DNA from: a virus
Strand: one strand, 5' to 3'
Virus record (IMG/VR): IMGVR_UViG_3300028586_000750
Length of the DNA stretch: 64,000 bases
Shown here one piece after another: positions 18,795-28,642 of the stretch; position 1 is the stretch's first letter; each line of letters starts with the position of its first letter. The notes below the pieces were generated by a model. The model searched no databases, was not told the origin of the DNA, and was given only the letters and a program-made list of their open reading frames with translations. The position numbers were made by a program, and so were the translations under genes.

Positions 18795-19406
18795 ATGACC
18801 GCTCCGCTCACCATCGCTGAGGCCCTCGACCCCCGTAACGTCACTGACCAGTTCAAGGGCATGACCGACGACTTCATTCGTGGAGAGCAGGAAAAGCGTC
18901 GCATTCCTCTCGTCACCATTGCGCTCAACATGACGCACGACTTCAACAAGGCCACCGTTCTTCGCACCCACTCTGGTGTTGCCGGTCAGGCGTTCTACTT
19001 CCTCAACAAGCCCAACGACCAGAAGCCTGGCCACCCTGAGGGAACCAAGAAGTTTGACAAGCGTGGAACCGTTGGCACCCACAACTACAACACCGTCAAC
19101 CACTACAGCATTGAGCGTTACATGGAGCTTTTCGCTGAGCTTCGTGCAGATGGTTACACCATTGTTGCCGTTGACAACGTGGACGGCTACGACGCCAAGA
19201 TGGTCTACGACGTGGAGCTTCCTGAGAAGGTTGCGTACATTTTGGGCGAGGAGAAGCTCGGAATCCCAAAGGAAATCATTGAGGCTGCTGACATGATGGT
19301 GTTCCTTCCTATGATGGGTGTTTCGCCCCGTTCATACAACGTGTCCGTTGCTCACGCGGGCGTCGTGTTTGAGTACGTTCGTCAGAACCGTCACCTAGTC
19401 AAGTAA
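18795..19406 (+). CDS. SpoU/TrmH-family RNA methyltransferase
   Basis: N......FN...VLRT; YILGEEKLGIP; LPMMGV..RSYNVSVA SPOUT knot motifs. Confidence 0.85.
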   Translation: MTAPLTIAEALDPRNVTDQFKGMTDDFIRGEQEKRRIPLVTIALNMTHDFNKATVLRTHSGVAGQAFYFLNKPNDQKPGHPEGTKKFDKRGTVGTHNYNTVNHYSIERYMELFAELRADGYTIVAVDNVDGYDAKMVYDVELPEKVAYILGEEKLGIPKEIIEAADMMVFLPMMGVSPRSYNVSVAHAGVVFEYVRQNRHLVK

Positions 19407-19543
19407 GACGTTAAAATAAAGAAGCGGTGCCCTTCAACTTAGGGCACCGCTTCTTTATTTATTAAGTAAGCGTAAAAAGACGCTAAATATAAAGATGTAA
19501 AAAAGATCATTGTTCGGTAGATCGCTATGTTGTTGCCTATGAG

Positions 19544-19802
19544 ATTAAAAACTTTGGAAGTTGTTCTATCTCGTATGTACTACTTGCTACTCACTAGTTA
19601 CTACTCATCAACTACTTGCTTACTACTCACTAACTACCCACTAGTGAGTGATGAGTCATATATTAAAAACTTTGGTAGTTTTTCTACTTGCTAGTTACTT
19701 ATCAACTACTTGCTAGTTACTTATCAACTACTTATCAACTACTTGCTAACTACTCACTAACTACTCACTAGTGAGTGATGGGTCGCAGATTAAAAATTTT
19801 GG
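19544..19802. repeat. Non-coding G-poor repeat block (iteron-like)
   Basis: ATTAAAAA(C/T)TTTGG at 19544, 19662, 19789; between them are arrays of ACTACTTGCT, ACTACTCACTA and ACTTATCA units, each block ending CACTAGTGAGTGATG. Confidence 0.85.
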
Positions 19803-19969
19803 AAGTTACTGTTTATTTTTATGCGCACGCTAAATCTCATTTGCGATTTAGCGTGCGCATAAGGCGGAAATAATTTTTAGATGTTTTTGGTATGGGTTGC
19901 AGAGAGATTTTTGGTCTGCTATTGTTGTTCTTGTAAGCAACACAGACAACTTCTACGAAAGGTAAAATC

Positions 19970-20305
19970 ATGCAGCAGGTCGGCCAGAAGAGCTTCACGG
20001 AAATCGAGAAGTCCGGTTCGTTCCACGGTAAGGGTTTCCTGTCCGTTGCTCTCTTCACTGACCGTCTGGTGGCGCTGGATGCCATTGGTGGTGTTGGTAT
20101 CAAGAGCTACCCGCTGTATGTGTACCACGTAGTCAAGCCTTACAACGACACGGTTCTTTCGCGTTTCTTCAAGAAGGCCAAGAAGGCTAAGCCGATTTAC
20201 GCTCAGGAGTGCGTGGACGTGTTCACGAATGAGCAGCAGGCTCGTCGTGCGTTCACCAACCTGGTGGAGAACCGCAAGCGTGAGGGTTACGTTCTCGCCA
20301 ACTAA
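19970..20305 (+). CDS. Hypothetical protein, possible WGR-like domain
   Basis: C-terminal F.NEQQARRAF.NLV..RKREGY resembles the WGR-domain helix. Confidence 0.65.
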   Translation: MQQVGQKSFTEIEKSGSFHGKGFLSVALFTDRLVALDAIGGVGIKSYPLYVYHVVKPYNDTVLSRFFKKAKKAKPIYAQECVDVFTNEQQARRAFTNLVENRKREGYVLAN

Positions 20306-20497
20306 ACTAAAATAGGTAAGGGGTGACAGTCATATGATTGCCACCCCTTACCTATTTTAGCTGGTATGTAACTGTGCGGTGCAATTGATAACCACTATCA
20401 ATTACATTGCACGGCAGTTATTTAGTTGCTTATATGCACTTGATAGGTTAGAATTAGACTATTAAAGGTAAACATCAATCTTATTAGGAGAGACAAA

Positions 20498-20884
20498 ATG
20501 TTGTATAAAGATGTGGCTATTTCCAACGAAGTTATCAATGAACTGCGTGTGCTTGTTGCTACTACAGAAAATTTGAAGGTTCTTCAGCAGCCTGGTTTCG
20601 TTTTCCGTAGAGGCAAGAAAATCAACACTGAGTTTGAGAAAATGTTTAGTGCTGCCAGCAATGTTGCTGATTTCTTCAATAGTAGCGGTGAAACTGTCAA
20701 AGAAGAGTTTGCTAAGGTTCTTCAACCTATGAAGCTTATCCGAAGAACTATGGAACATGAGGGGACGGAAGACATCAGTAAAATGTCCTCTTTCAGCCAA
20801 GCTGTTGTTGAGCGTTGCATGACAGATGCCATTGATGGGCTTAATAAGCTTGCAGTCAAGGTGCTCACTAATTTGGAGAACTAA
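20498..20884 (+). CDS. Hypothetical protein
   Basis: AGGAG RBS; 128 aa. Confidence 0.75.
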   Translation: MLYKDVAISNEVINELRVLVATTENLKVLQQPGFVFRRGKKINTEFEKMFSAASNVADFFNSSGETVKEEFAKVLQPMKLIRRTMEHEGTEDISKMSSFSQAVVERCMTDAIDGLNKLAVKVLTNLEN

Positions 20885-20989
20885 AGTTTAATATGCAAGA
20901 GTGGATGCAACTATCATTAGTTGCATCCACTCTTGCATTCTGGTACAATTGATACATACTGTTTCAATTTAATCGAAAGTTACTATTTT

Positions 20990-21469
20990 ATGTCTAAGTC
21001 AACTGAGCCAGCTATTTTCGTTGATGTTCATTCATCTGGTGTGACTGATATTCTCGCTAAGTCTCCTCTTTTTGAGAAGACTGCAACTGTGACGGCTGTT
21101 CAGATTACTGAAGCAGAGCATGTTGTTACTGCTTTCGGTGATTTTATTGAGACTGAGCGTGATGCTGTTGCTGGTCAGTGGAAGGTTACTAACCCTGACG
21201 GTGAGCAGTACATTCTTGATGATGAGGTTTTCAAGGCTCGCTATAAGGCTTTGGGAAAAGACAAGTACCAGGCTATTGGCTTCATTCGTGCTACTAGTAA
21301 CCCTTGGGGTGTTCCCATTGAGATTACTGCACCTTGGGGTGAACCTCAGTTCGGTGATGAGGATTGCATCGTAGCTGTTTCTGTCCTTAATGGTGAACCT
21401 GTGTGGACTGACCGTTATATTATTGAGCGTAAGGCTTTTGAGAATACTTACGCTTCCGTTACTGCTTAA
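20990..21469 (+). CDS. PGDYG-like phage protein
   Basis: A.AGQW.VTNPDGEQY......F...Y and APWGEPQ. Confidence 0.7.
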   Translation: MSKSTEPAIFVDVHSSGVTDILAKSPLFEKTATVTAVQITEAEHVVTAFGDFIETERDAVAGQWKVTNPDGEQYILDDEVFKARYKALGKDKYQAIGFIRATSNPWGVPIEITAPWGEPQFGDEDCIVAVSVLNGEPVWTDRYIIERKAFENTYASVTA

Positions 21470-21488
21470 TTAAGAAAGACTGACTATA

Positions 21489-21812
21489 ATGACTGAAACC
21501 ACTTTTGCTCCTAAGCTCATTTCCTATTACCAGATGGATTACTATGAACTGGAAGAAATTACTAAGAAGGTTTACGGTGCTGACACGGACTACAGTGTTC
21601 AATCTGCACTAGAGTGCGGGAATGACACTTCCCACACGTTTAATATCCAGACAAGCGATATCGATATGTTTGAGCGTTTTGATAAGGTGAAGCTAGATGA
21701 TTTCTTTGCTGGCAAGGCTTGGAGAGAGCCTTATGTTGAATATGTGCTTATTGATTTGTGCATGAAGAAGCACCTTCCTTTTGGAAAGTACGTCATTAAC
21801 GTTTCTTACTAG
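21489..21812 (+). CDS. Hypothetical protein
   Basis: 107 aa co-oriented ORF, hairpin follows. Confidence 0.75.
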   Translation: MTETTFAPKLISYYQMDYYELEEITKKVYGADTDYSVQSALECGNDTSHTFNIQTSDIDMFERFDKVKLDDFFAGKAWREPYVEYVLIDLCMKKHLPFGKYVINVSY

Positions 21813-21907
21813 TTGTCAAAAGGTAAGCGCCCCGTAACGCAAAGTTATGGGGCGCTTACCTTTTGACACAAATGATGTTTTAGTTTAGAGAATGTTATAA
21901 TTACGGT

Positions 21908-22147
21908 ATGGACATAATTTTTGATGCTGAGTACAGAGAGAAAGCTACAGGCAACATTGTTGTTGTTTTGGGTTTAAAAAGTTCTGGTGTTGTTGTACGT
22001 GACAAGCGTACTGATACTTTGAGCACTTTTAAAGATGCAGATTTTTTGACACGCTATGAAGATACTGGTGTTCATGATCATAAGAAGAGTTGCTGTACTG
22101 TTCATGAAACTCATACTTCCCCTCATATGGGTTGCATTTTACGTTGA
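21908..22147 (+). CDS. Small hypothetical protein (leaderless), C-terminal H/C cluster
   Basis: TATAAT + 6 nt + ATG. Confidence 0.7.
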   Translation: MDIIFDAEYREKATGNIVVVLGLKSSGVVVRDKRTDTLSTFKDADFLTRYEDTGVHDHKKSCCTVHETHTSPHMGCILR

Positions 22148-22213
22148 CTTTAGTAGGCAATTGGAGTATGCTTTAGCTATACCACTTCATCCCTACTTTA
22201 AGGACTAACTTTA

Positions 22214-22600
22214 ATGGGCACCAAGATTGTTATTCAGCCGCTTCTTCCTAAGATTTCTGTGGAGAAGGTTGACTGGGACAACATTGAGAACATTCTTGCT
22301 CTGTTGAAGAGTAATTCTGAGCTTTTCACGGTTTTCGCTAAGCAGCTTGATAACCGTGAGGCTCGCAGCCGTCTTTTCATTGATGATGACAAGATTGTTC
22401 TTCCTTCTACTGGTTCTTATCTGGGGACGCATAAAGTTATTGCCACGGTTGGCGATTTCTATGCAGTTTCGGAGAACGGCTACCGTCACTTCACTCACCA
22501 GACCGCTATTCGTCATGGAGTGTTGAACACTCTTCCTCGTGAAATGTTCATCCCTCTTACTGGTGATGTTCTTGACGAGGTTTCGTTCATGGCGTTGTAA
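22214..22600 (+). CDS. Hypothetical protein
   Basis: AAGGA RBS; 128 aa. Confidence 0.75.
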   Translation: MGTKIVIQPLLPKISVEKVDWDNIENILALLKSNSELFTVFAKQLDNREARSRLFIDDDKIVLPSTGSYLGTHKVIATVGDFYAVSENGYRHFTHQTAIRHGVLNTLPREMFIPLTGDVLDEVSFMAL

Positions 22601-22857
22601 TTAGCTAAAAAGTGTGTGGCCCGTTTTCTTCCTAGGAAACGGGCCACACCTATATGGGAAAAGACATGCACCATAACTGCGTTAACCAAAAGCTACGCAT
22701 ATATTACTTTTGTTTAGAGCGGGTTAGCTATACAAACGAGCACAAATGATAATAAAAATGAGCGTTCTTTACTTTAGCGAATATTTTGATACCAACTTCC
22801 CGATGCTTACAAGTAAGCAAGTCGCTAGAAGTTCTTTTAAGTTCACAGGAATGAACC

Positions 22858-24006
22858 ATGAAAATCAAAACAAAGTTAAACCAAAACAAACTTGGTTCGT
22901 TCAGGGACGAAGGGTTTACTCTTGCTGAACTTATGATTGTTGTGGTGATTATTGGTATCCTCGCAGCTATCGCTATTCCTATTTTTTCCAATCAACAAAG
23001 AGCCGCTATTGAGTCAACAATCAAGAGTGACGTTAAATCTAACTCTGATATGGTAGCTCCGGGTGCCAGTGGTAAACTTTATGTAACACCTAACGTGTTC
23101 ATGGCTAATAGCAACTCTACTGATGCAAACCAGCGTGGTTACACTGTAAATGCTGCATTCAACCAAGCATGTACATGGTCTTGGAGAAAATTTAGTGAAA
23201 CTGATGTAGTTCAATACAACTTCCAAACTTCTACAGGTAAAATGACAGAAGGCCCATGCCCTGATTTAGGCACTAATTCTTCTTCCGCTACTACTGCTCC
23301 ACCAGTTTCAGCTAATCCTTCTGGTTCAACTCCAGGTTCAACAAATCCTGGTCCAGTTACACCAGTAGCATCATTAACTACTATTCCAACAGCCGTAGCA
23401 GGTAGCGGAGAATACTCATGTTCTTACGCTGCCTTTAACTTCCATAACCAATATCAAAAATCTATAGGTAAAGCTAGTACCGATTTAAGTGTTACTAAAA
23501 TTAGTGGTAACCCAACAGATTGGAGTTGTACCATTGATTATTCTAAAGCTCCATACTTTGGTGCAATTCCAGTAACATACGACTCCGAAGTTGTATTAAC
23601 TAACATTGGCAACAGTCAGGTTAAGATTAGTAACAAAAATGCAGATAGTGGTTTATCTGGCAAATCTAAAGAAGGGCCTTTTGGTTTAACAACAACTTCT
23701 GGCATTCTTTATCCTGAGTCTGCTGATGATTACAAATTCTCAGTAGTCAGAGTTAATGCTAATTGTGTTCGTGTTAACGTGGAAACTGCTTCTACCGTTC
23801 CTGTCGCATGGAGTGGAACAATTAACTTAGATGAATGGTTTACAGGAAACATGGCAACTGTGGCTTACCCAAACAACATCGTTAAGGTAAAAACAACAGG
23901 AAACACTTACAAGATTTCGGGCGGCGGGTTCTTATATGCTCTTAACAGCGAAAGACCAATCAACGAAGAGCAAGAAACTTATACCAAATTCTGTAAATAC
24001 AATTAA
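22858..24006 (+). CDS. Long type IV pilin-like protein with S/T/P linker and C-terminal beta-sandwich (CBM2-like) region
   Basis: Class III signal G|FTLAELMIVVVIIGILAAIAIP; 382 aa. Confidence 0.85.
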   Translation: MKIKTKLNQNKLGSFRDEGFTLAELMIVVVIIGILAAIAIPIFSNQQRAAIESTIKSDVKSNSDMVAPGASGKLYVTPNVFMANSNSTDANQRGYTVNAAFNQACTWSWRKFSETDVVQYNFQTSTGKMTEGPCPDLGTNSSSATTAPPVSANPSGSTPGSTNPGPVTPVASLTTIPTAVAGSGEYSCSYAAFNFHNQYQKSIGKASTDLSVTKISGNPTDWSCTIDYSKAPYFGAIPVTYDSEVVLTNIGNSQVKISNKNADSGLSGKSKEGPFGLTTTSGILYPESADDYKFSVVRVNANCVRVNVETASTVPVAWSGTINLDEWFTGNMATVAYPNNIVKVKTTGNTYKISGGGFLYALNSERPINEEQETYTKFCKYN

Positions 24007-24132
24007 CCTTTAAAAACTGCGGTGGCAACTTATTACAAGTTACCACCGCAGTTTTCATTTCTATCTAGTCTTTATTGCTGATGAGAAGGCTAGTTAAGGA
24101 TGGGAAAAGACATGTTATGGTAAGCTTAAGAT

Positions 24133-24495
24133 ATGCATACTATTATTGATCGCAAGAGCTTAACTCAGGAAGAGTATACTGAGTTCTTCCAAGAGACAAT
24201 CCTTGAACCAGAAGGTAAGGCTGTTAGCCCTACACAAATTAAGAAGACAAAACATAAACTTCGTAAGTTTTTAGAGCGTGTTACTTTGGAGCACATCTAT
24301 GAAACAACTGGTACTGATTTACGCACAGAGGAAGCTCAATGGGCAATCAGAGTTGCTGTTCATTTTGATTTTGATGTTTCACCAGAAGGCGATGTTGTTG
24401 TTAGGGTGAAAACAGATAACGGTTGCCACCAAAACAATAGGAACAGACTTTATAACGACACTTATCGTATTAGCAAGCAAGAACTTTTGAAATAA
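24133..24495 (+). CDS. Hypothetical protein
   Basis: 120 aa ORF. Confidence 0.7.
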   Translation: MHTIIDRKSLTQEEYTEFFQETILEPEGKAVSPTQIKKTKHKLRKFLERVTLEHIYETTGTDLRTEEAQWAIRVAVHFDFDVSPEGDVVVRVKTDNGCHQNNRNRLYNDTYRISKQELLK

Positions 24496-24508
24496 GTTGG
24501 TTTTAGGT

Positions 24509-24537
24509 TTGCTTTTTGATAAAAGTGGGAGTATGCT
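24509..24537 (+). promoter_or_regulatory. SigA-type promoter
   Basis: TTGCTT-17-TATGCT. Confidence 0.7.
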
Positions 24538-24615
24538 TTAACTGTAAGCAAGAAAGACCGAGGTTACTTGAACGCTCGGCATTAAACAAAAACAACAAGA
24601 AAGAAGTACCACGTA

Positions 24616-24948
24616 ATGAAGAAAGCAACTTACCTCAAGAAGCTTGCAATTGCGCAGGCTAAGGTAACTGATGCAACTACTGTAGCTGACCTCAAAAAGC
24701 GCAAAGCTGCAAAACGTGCACTTGAACTTTTCTGGGAAAAGGCTGCTATTGCTTGGATGGAAAAGAACATTTGGCACAAGCCTTACGCTGAATGGCTTGC
24801 AGGTTGGCAGTCGGCTAAGTTCAACTTCACCCTAAACCCTGGTGGTAAGGTGACTGTTGCAACTTTTGGTCACGACTTCTCGTGGGCACGTGGAACTACA
24901 ACGGAGCCTATGAAAGAATATGTCATCCCTAAGGCTGTTCTACTTTAA
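24616..24948 (+). CDS. Basic hypothetical protein
   Basis: 110 aa, preceded by the leader repeat. Confidence 0.8.
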   Translation: MKKATYLKKLAIAQAKVTDATTVADLKKRKAAKRALELFWEKAAIAWMEKNIWHKPYAEWLAGWQSAKFNFTLNPGGKVTVATFGHDFSWARGTTTEPMKEYVIPKAVLL

Positions 24949-25008
24949 CAACCGAGGTTACTTGAACGCTCGGTATCAACTAAAACAACAAGAAAGAAGC
25001 AACACATC

Positions 25009-25284
25009 ATGATGGAAATTAACATCAATAACAACCTTGTCGCTAAGCGTGTGGGAATGCAGAAGAACCTCACCCTTCGTATGCCCACTACTGAGCCTCA
25101 GGACATTTTTGACGAGGCTCAGGCTCACATTACTGTTGGTGACGAAATCACCATCAGTGTCGTGCAGGGAGCCGGAGTTTTTGACAATAACTTTGAGGCA
25201 GAAACCACTACTCGTGAGCTTCGCAAGGGCTTTGTTACCGGCATTGTCAACGGTAAGGCTATCGTTGATTGGGTTCAGGGCTAA
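25009..25284 (+). CDS. Hypothetical protein (SH3-like beta-rich)
   Basis: 91 aa, preceded by the leader repeat. Confidence 0.75.
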   Translation: MMEININNNLVAKRVGMQKNLTLRMPTTEPQDIFDEAQAHITVGDEITISVVQGAGVFDNNFEAETTTRELRKGFVTGIVNGKAIVDWVQG

Positions 25285-25402
25285 CACTGTCACAGGTTGC
25301 TTTTTGCGCCTGTTAGGTGTATGATTTAACTGTAAGCAAGAAAGACCGAGGTTACTTGAACGCTCGGCATTAAACAAAAACAACAAGGAAAGAAGGAACA
25401 AA

Positions 25403-25708
25403 ATGTACGCTGTTAACAATTACGAGAAGATTGATAACCTACGCGCTGAGCTTGCTAAGGCAGAAGCAGAGCGTGACAAGTTCGAGAAGCTCACCGAGGA
25501 CAAGCGACTTGCCACTACCATTCATGAGGACCAGTGTCACTGGAACCATACGGATGGTTGCGGTTGGTTCTATAATGACGAGAAAGACCCAACTATTTGG
25601 GTTAAGGACACTACTCGTGCCCGTTACCTAAAAAAGGCTAATGACCTTTTGGCGGTTGTTGATTATGACACTGCTTTGAAGGTTATGAAGGCTCTAAAGG
25701 GTCGTTGA
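25403..25708 (+). CDS. Hypothetical protein with H...C.W.H.DGC.W motif
   Basis: 101 aa, preceded by the leader repeat. Confidence 0.8.
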   Translation: MYAVNNYEKIDNLRAELAKAEAERDKFEKLTEDKRLATTIHEDQCHWNHTDGCGWFYNDEKDPTIWVKDTTRARYLKKANDLLAVVDYDTALKVMKALKGR

Positions 25709-25872
25709 TACAAAGCAAATATCCCCACCAGAACTAACTGGTGGGGATATTTGCTTTTAGGCTATGGGAAAAGACAACATGTAACGTCTGAGTTCTGAAG
25801 TTCCTTAAGATCCTCAAGATCGCTTTAATATAGAAAAGCGATTAGTTTGGTGTTTGTTAAAAACTTTGGCAG

Positions 25873-26691
25873 TTAACTACAATATTTACGAAACGTGTCC
25901 CAACCTTGTTCGTTCCAGTTAAGACCAGGGTATTTACCTGCAATGGGTGGAATAACATCATCAGAGTGACCTGCGTGACCGTTAATAAGTCCGGAGTAAG
26001 GCAACATCAATAAGTGCCATTTTCCACCAGCGCCATGACAAACAGGGTATTTGTTCTTTGTGCTGCTGTAAGTTGGAGCGGTCGGTTTAACTGTAGGCTG
26101 AGGTTGCTGCACAACAGGGGCTGGCTGGGTAACAACTACCGGTGCAGTTGAAGGTGTTGACTGCTGTGGGACAGGTGTAATGACAGGAGGGGCTGGTTGC
26201 TCTTCTACATGGTCGCCAACTGTTGGGTCTGTGGTTCCTGGTCCACTACCTACAATTACTACGCTTTCATCAGGTACCACACCAAGACAACTTCCATCCC
26301 CAATTTTTCCTGTTTGGGAACTGTAGTGATAAGAGACAATATCTGTCTCACTGAATACATGACTGCCCCAGATGCATGCTACTTGTCCTGGTCCGGTTCC
26401 ATCTACCATGAGCACAAGGTTATTTTCACCTGTTATTGCTGCGTTCTGGTTGAAGTAATCTTCACCAACGATGAAACCATCAGCGTCAAGTTGTTTAACT
26501 AAAATATTTGCGCTGCTGCGAATATCGCTTTTGACTGTTGCCAGTATGGCGTCACGTTGAAAACTGTTATTCAGAGGAATTACGATTGCAGCTAGTGTCC
26601 CAATAATTACAATAACGATTAATAATTCAAGCAGTGTGAAGCCGTCTTCCTTGTCTTTCAGGGCTTTAAGTTTAGGAAGAGTAAAAGTCAT
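25873..26691 (-). CDS. Long type IV pilin-like protein with Pro-rich linker and His/Cys-rich C-terminal domain
   Basis: G|FTLLELLIVIVIIGTLAAIVIP; C-terminus VCHG...GH.GH.DDVIPP....YPG.NW. Confidence 0.85.
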   Translation of the reverse strand: MTFTLPKLKALKDKEDGFTLLELLIVIVIIGTLAAIVIPLNNSFQRDAILATVKSDIRSSANILVKQLDADGFIVGEDYFNQNAAITGENNLVLMVDGTGPGQVACIWGSHVFSETDIVSYHYSSQTGKIGDGSCLGVVPDESVVIVGSGPGTTDPTVGDHVEEQPAPPVITPVPQQSTPSTAPVVVTQPAPVVQQPQPTVKPTAPTYSSTKNKYPVCHGAGGKWHLLMLPYSGLINGHAGHSDDVIPPIAGKYPGLNWNEQGWDTFRKYCS

Positions 26692-26849
26692 ACTATTAGT
26701 TTCGGTTGATTATAGATAATTTTGTTTTCTGGTGGTTATACGTCTTCAAAAAGACAAACAATTTTTCTTAGTTATGGTTGCATATCTGCTTGATGCTGTG
26801 TATGCTGGGTTTATCAGCAACAGTCACCTTCACAAAATTGGAGAACAAA

Positions 26850-27227
26850 ATGTTCGGTAAGCGTAAGAAGCAGGCTCAGGCAATTCAGACCGTCGTTCGC
26901 ACCGTTCAGGTTCGTACTGACGAGGACAAGACGCTGCGTGCCAATGTCAGCCAGTACGTGGAGAACGCCGAGAACGAGTACGCTCGACTGGCCAAGTCCG
27001 TCAGTGATGCCCTGGATGCCCGCGACGAGGGTCGCTACTACGACCGTGGTCAGATGGACCGCGACCAGGGTAAGATGCATGTTCTGGTTGCTTCTGTCGC
27101 TGCGGTTACGGGAACTGACCTCATCGTGATGTCGTTCAAGATGGACAAGCTTGCTCAGGCTCGCCGTAACGGTCGTTTTCCTCTGAACTCGTTCCTTTCC
27201 AACGGTTCCCTCATCTACGCTAACTGA
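26850..27227 (+). CDS. Hypothetical protein
   Basis: GGAG RBS, GC-rich codons. Confidence 0.75.
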   Translation: MFGKRKKQAQAIQTVVRTVQVRTDEDKTLRANVSQYVENAENEYARLAKSVSDALDARDEGRYYDRGQMDRDQGKMHVLVASVAAVTGTDLIVMSFKMDKLAQARRNGRFPLNSFLSNGSLIYAN

Positions 27228-27310
27228 ACAAAATAGGTAAGGCCCCACCAGAATTAACTGGTGGGGCCTTGCCTATTTTAGGACTACATGGTAATGGGAA
27301 AAGACAAGCT

Positions 27311-27748
27311 TTAGTTGTTTTTGCGGATTTCAGCCTTAGCGTTAATCTTAATCTCTTCAAACTTACGCATCCAAATATCTTGTGCGCTTTGTGCTTGTTC
27401 TAAAACTTTTTCACACTGTTCAACATATACAGCTTTTGCTTCTGCAAGTGTACGGAAAATGTTGACGCTGATACCTGTGTACCCACGGTAACCAGTGTTG
27501 TCGTAGGGAGCAATGATTGTAGAAAGGGCAGCACCATTCTTCCCTACAGGTCGGAAGTGGTAATCTGCGTAGTACACTGTTTTTCGTGGAGGAAGCTCAG
27601 TGTTGGGGAAAAGGATAACCTCTGTTGGAGCAATATTACGAATAGGTTTGTTGAGGATATCACCATGACGGAAGTCAGTGATGAATAGCTTATCTCCAAC
27701 GCTAATTTCACCAGTATTGATAGCTTCAGCTAGCTCTTTGTAATCCAT
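27311..27748 (-). CDS. Hypothetical protein
   Basis: 145 aa; third gene of a coupled - strand trio. Confidence 0.75.
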   Translation of the reverse strand: MDYKELAEAINTGEISVGDKLFITDFRHGDILNKPIRNIAPTEVILFPNTELPPRKTVYYADYHFRPVGKNGAALSTIIAPYDNTGYRGYTGISVNIFRTLAEAKAVYVEQCEKVLEQAQSAQDIWMRKFEEIKINAKAEIRKNN

Positions 27749-28167
27749 TAAACATTTTCCTTTTCTAGAAGTTCGTGTTGAGCAATCTTTTTAGCTTCGT
27801 GTTCTAATATAGCGCGGTTCATTTGTTCTAGTTCTGTTTGATGTTCAAAAGCTTGTCCCAAATTGTAATCTGGGTTACTAGAAAGAATTAAAGCTGGGGC
27901 GTACTGTATAGGGTAATAGAAAGTCTTGAATGCAGAGGCTTTTTTATATACATGATTGCCCTGCCATGCCGCTTCTTCACGTACTGCTTGCGCCATAACA
28001 ATTTTTAAGTTGTTGTCTTGATATTCAACTGAATGCGCAACTGGTGGGATTGAGTAATCAGAGCGAGCATTACCATTTAACTCAATTAAATATTGGTTAC
28101 AAGCTCTGACGTGAAGAGAAACAGTAAATGGTTGTTGTAATTTAGTCATCACTGTCTTCTCCCTCAT
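27748..28167 (-). CDS. Hypothetical protein
   Basis: Stop/start overlap with both neighbours; true start may be MTKLQQ. Confidence 0.7.
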   Translation of the reverse strand: MREKTVMTKLQQPFTVSLHVRACNQYLIELNGNARSDYSIPPVAHSVEYQDNNLKIVMAQAVREEAAWQGNHVYKKASAFKTFYYPIQYAPALILSSNPDYNLGQAFEHQTELEQMNRAILEHEAKKIAQHELLEKENV

Positions 28168-28507
28168 ATGGTCTTACAATATAATCTAAATATTCTTCAT
28201 TAACAGTTTTAACAAAATTTGGAATATTTGCAATCAAAAAGTAATAAACAGCTCTGTTTCTTGGTTGAAATGTTTCGTTTGCAACTGTATCTGTATCCAT
28301 TTCAGTGTTCCAACGATAATTAGGAATCCAAGCTCCATCTTCGTTGACATGAATAAGCATCATTCCGTTTTCAAAAGAGAACTCATGTGCATAGCTAGGG
28401 AATTCGACTGACGGATTAATGCGCTCGTTGAGTCTCAGTCTATATCTATTAGTTCCACGCAAAGCTAAGACTTTTTCGTCTAGCTGAATGAATTCTTGCT
28501 TATCCAT
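28142..28507 (-). CDS. Hypothetical protein
   Basis: AAGGA RBS; 121 aa. Confidence 0.75.
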   Translation of the reverse strand: MDKQEFIQLDEKVLALRGTNRYRLRLNERINPSVEFPSYAHEFSFENGMMLIHVNEDGAWIPNYRWNTEMDTDTVANETFQPRNRAVYYFLIANIPNFVKTVNEEYLDYIVRPYEGEDSDD

Positions 28508-28642
28508 TATTTCCTTAATAAAGTTGTATTATAACCTTACCAGAAAACACTTAGAATATCAATCTTTATATGAGTTAAGGACGATGGGAAAAGACAAAGG
28601 TGAGTTGCAGTTCAGTTCAACTGCAACTCACCTTTGTAGCTG

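Larger units (their letters stand above)
24558..25367 (+). repeat. Identical 22-nt leader hairpin CCGAGGTTACTTGAACGCTCGG x3
   Basis: At 24558-24579, 24952-24973, 25346-25367, each followed by an A/C-rich tract and the next start codon. Confidence 0.9.

Noticed and set aside
19544-19802. CRISPR array
   Set aside because: The inter-anchor segments are 104-113 bp and are built of mutually similar low-complexity units, not unique 30-40 bp spacers. No cas genes are present.
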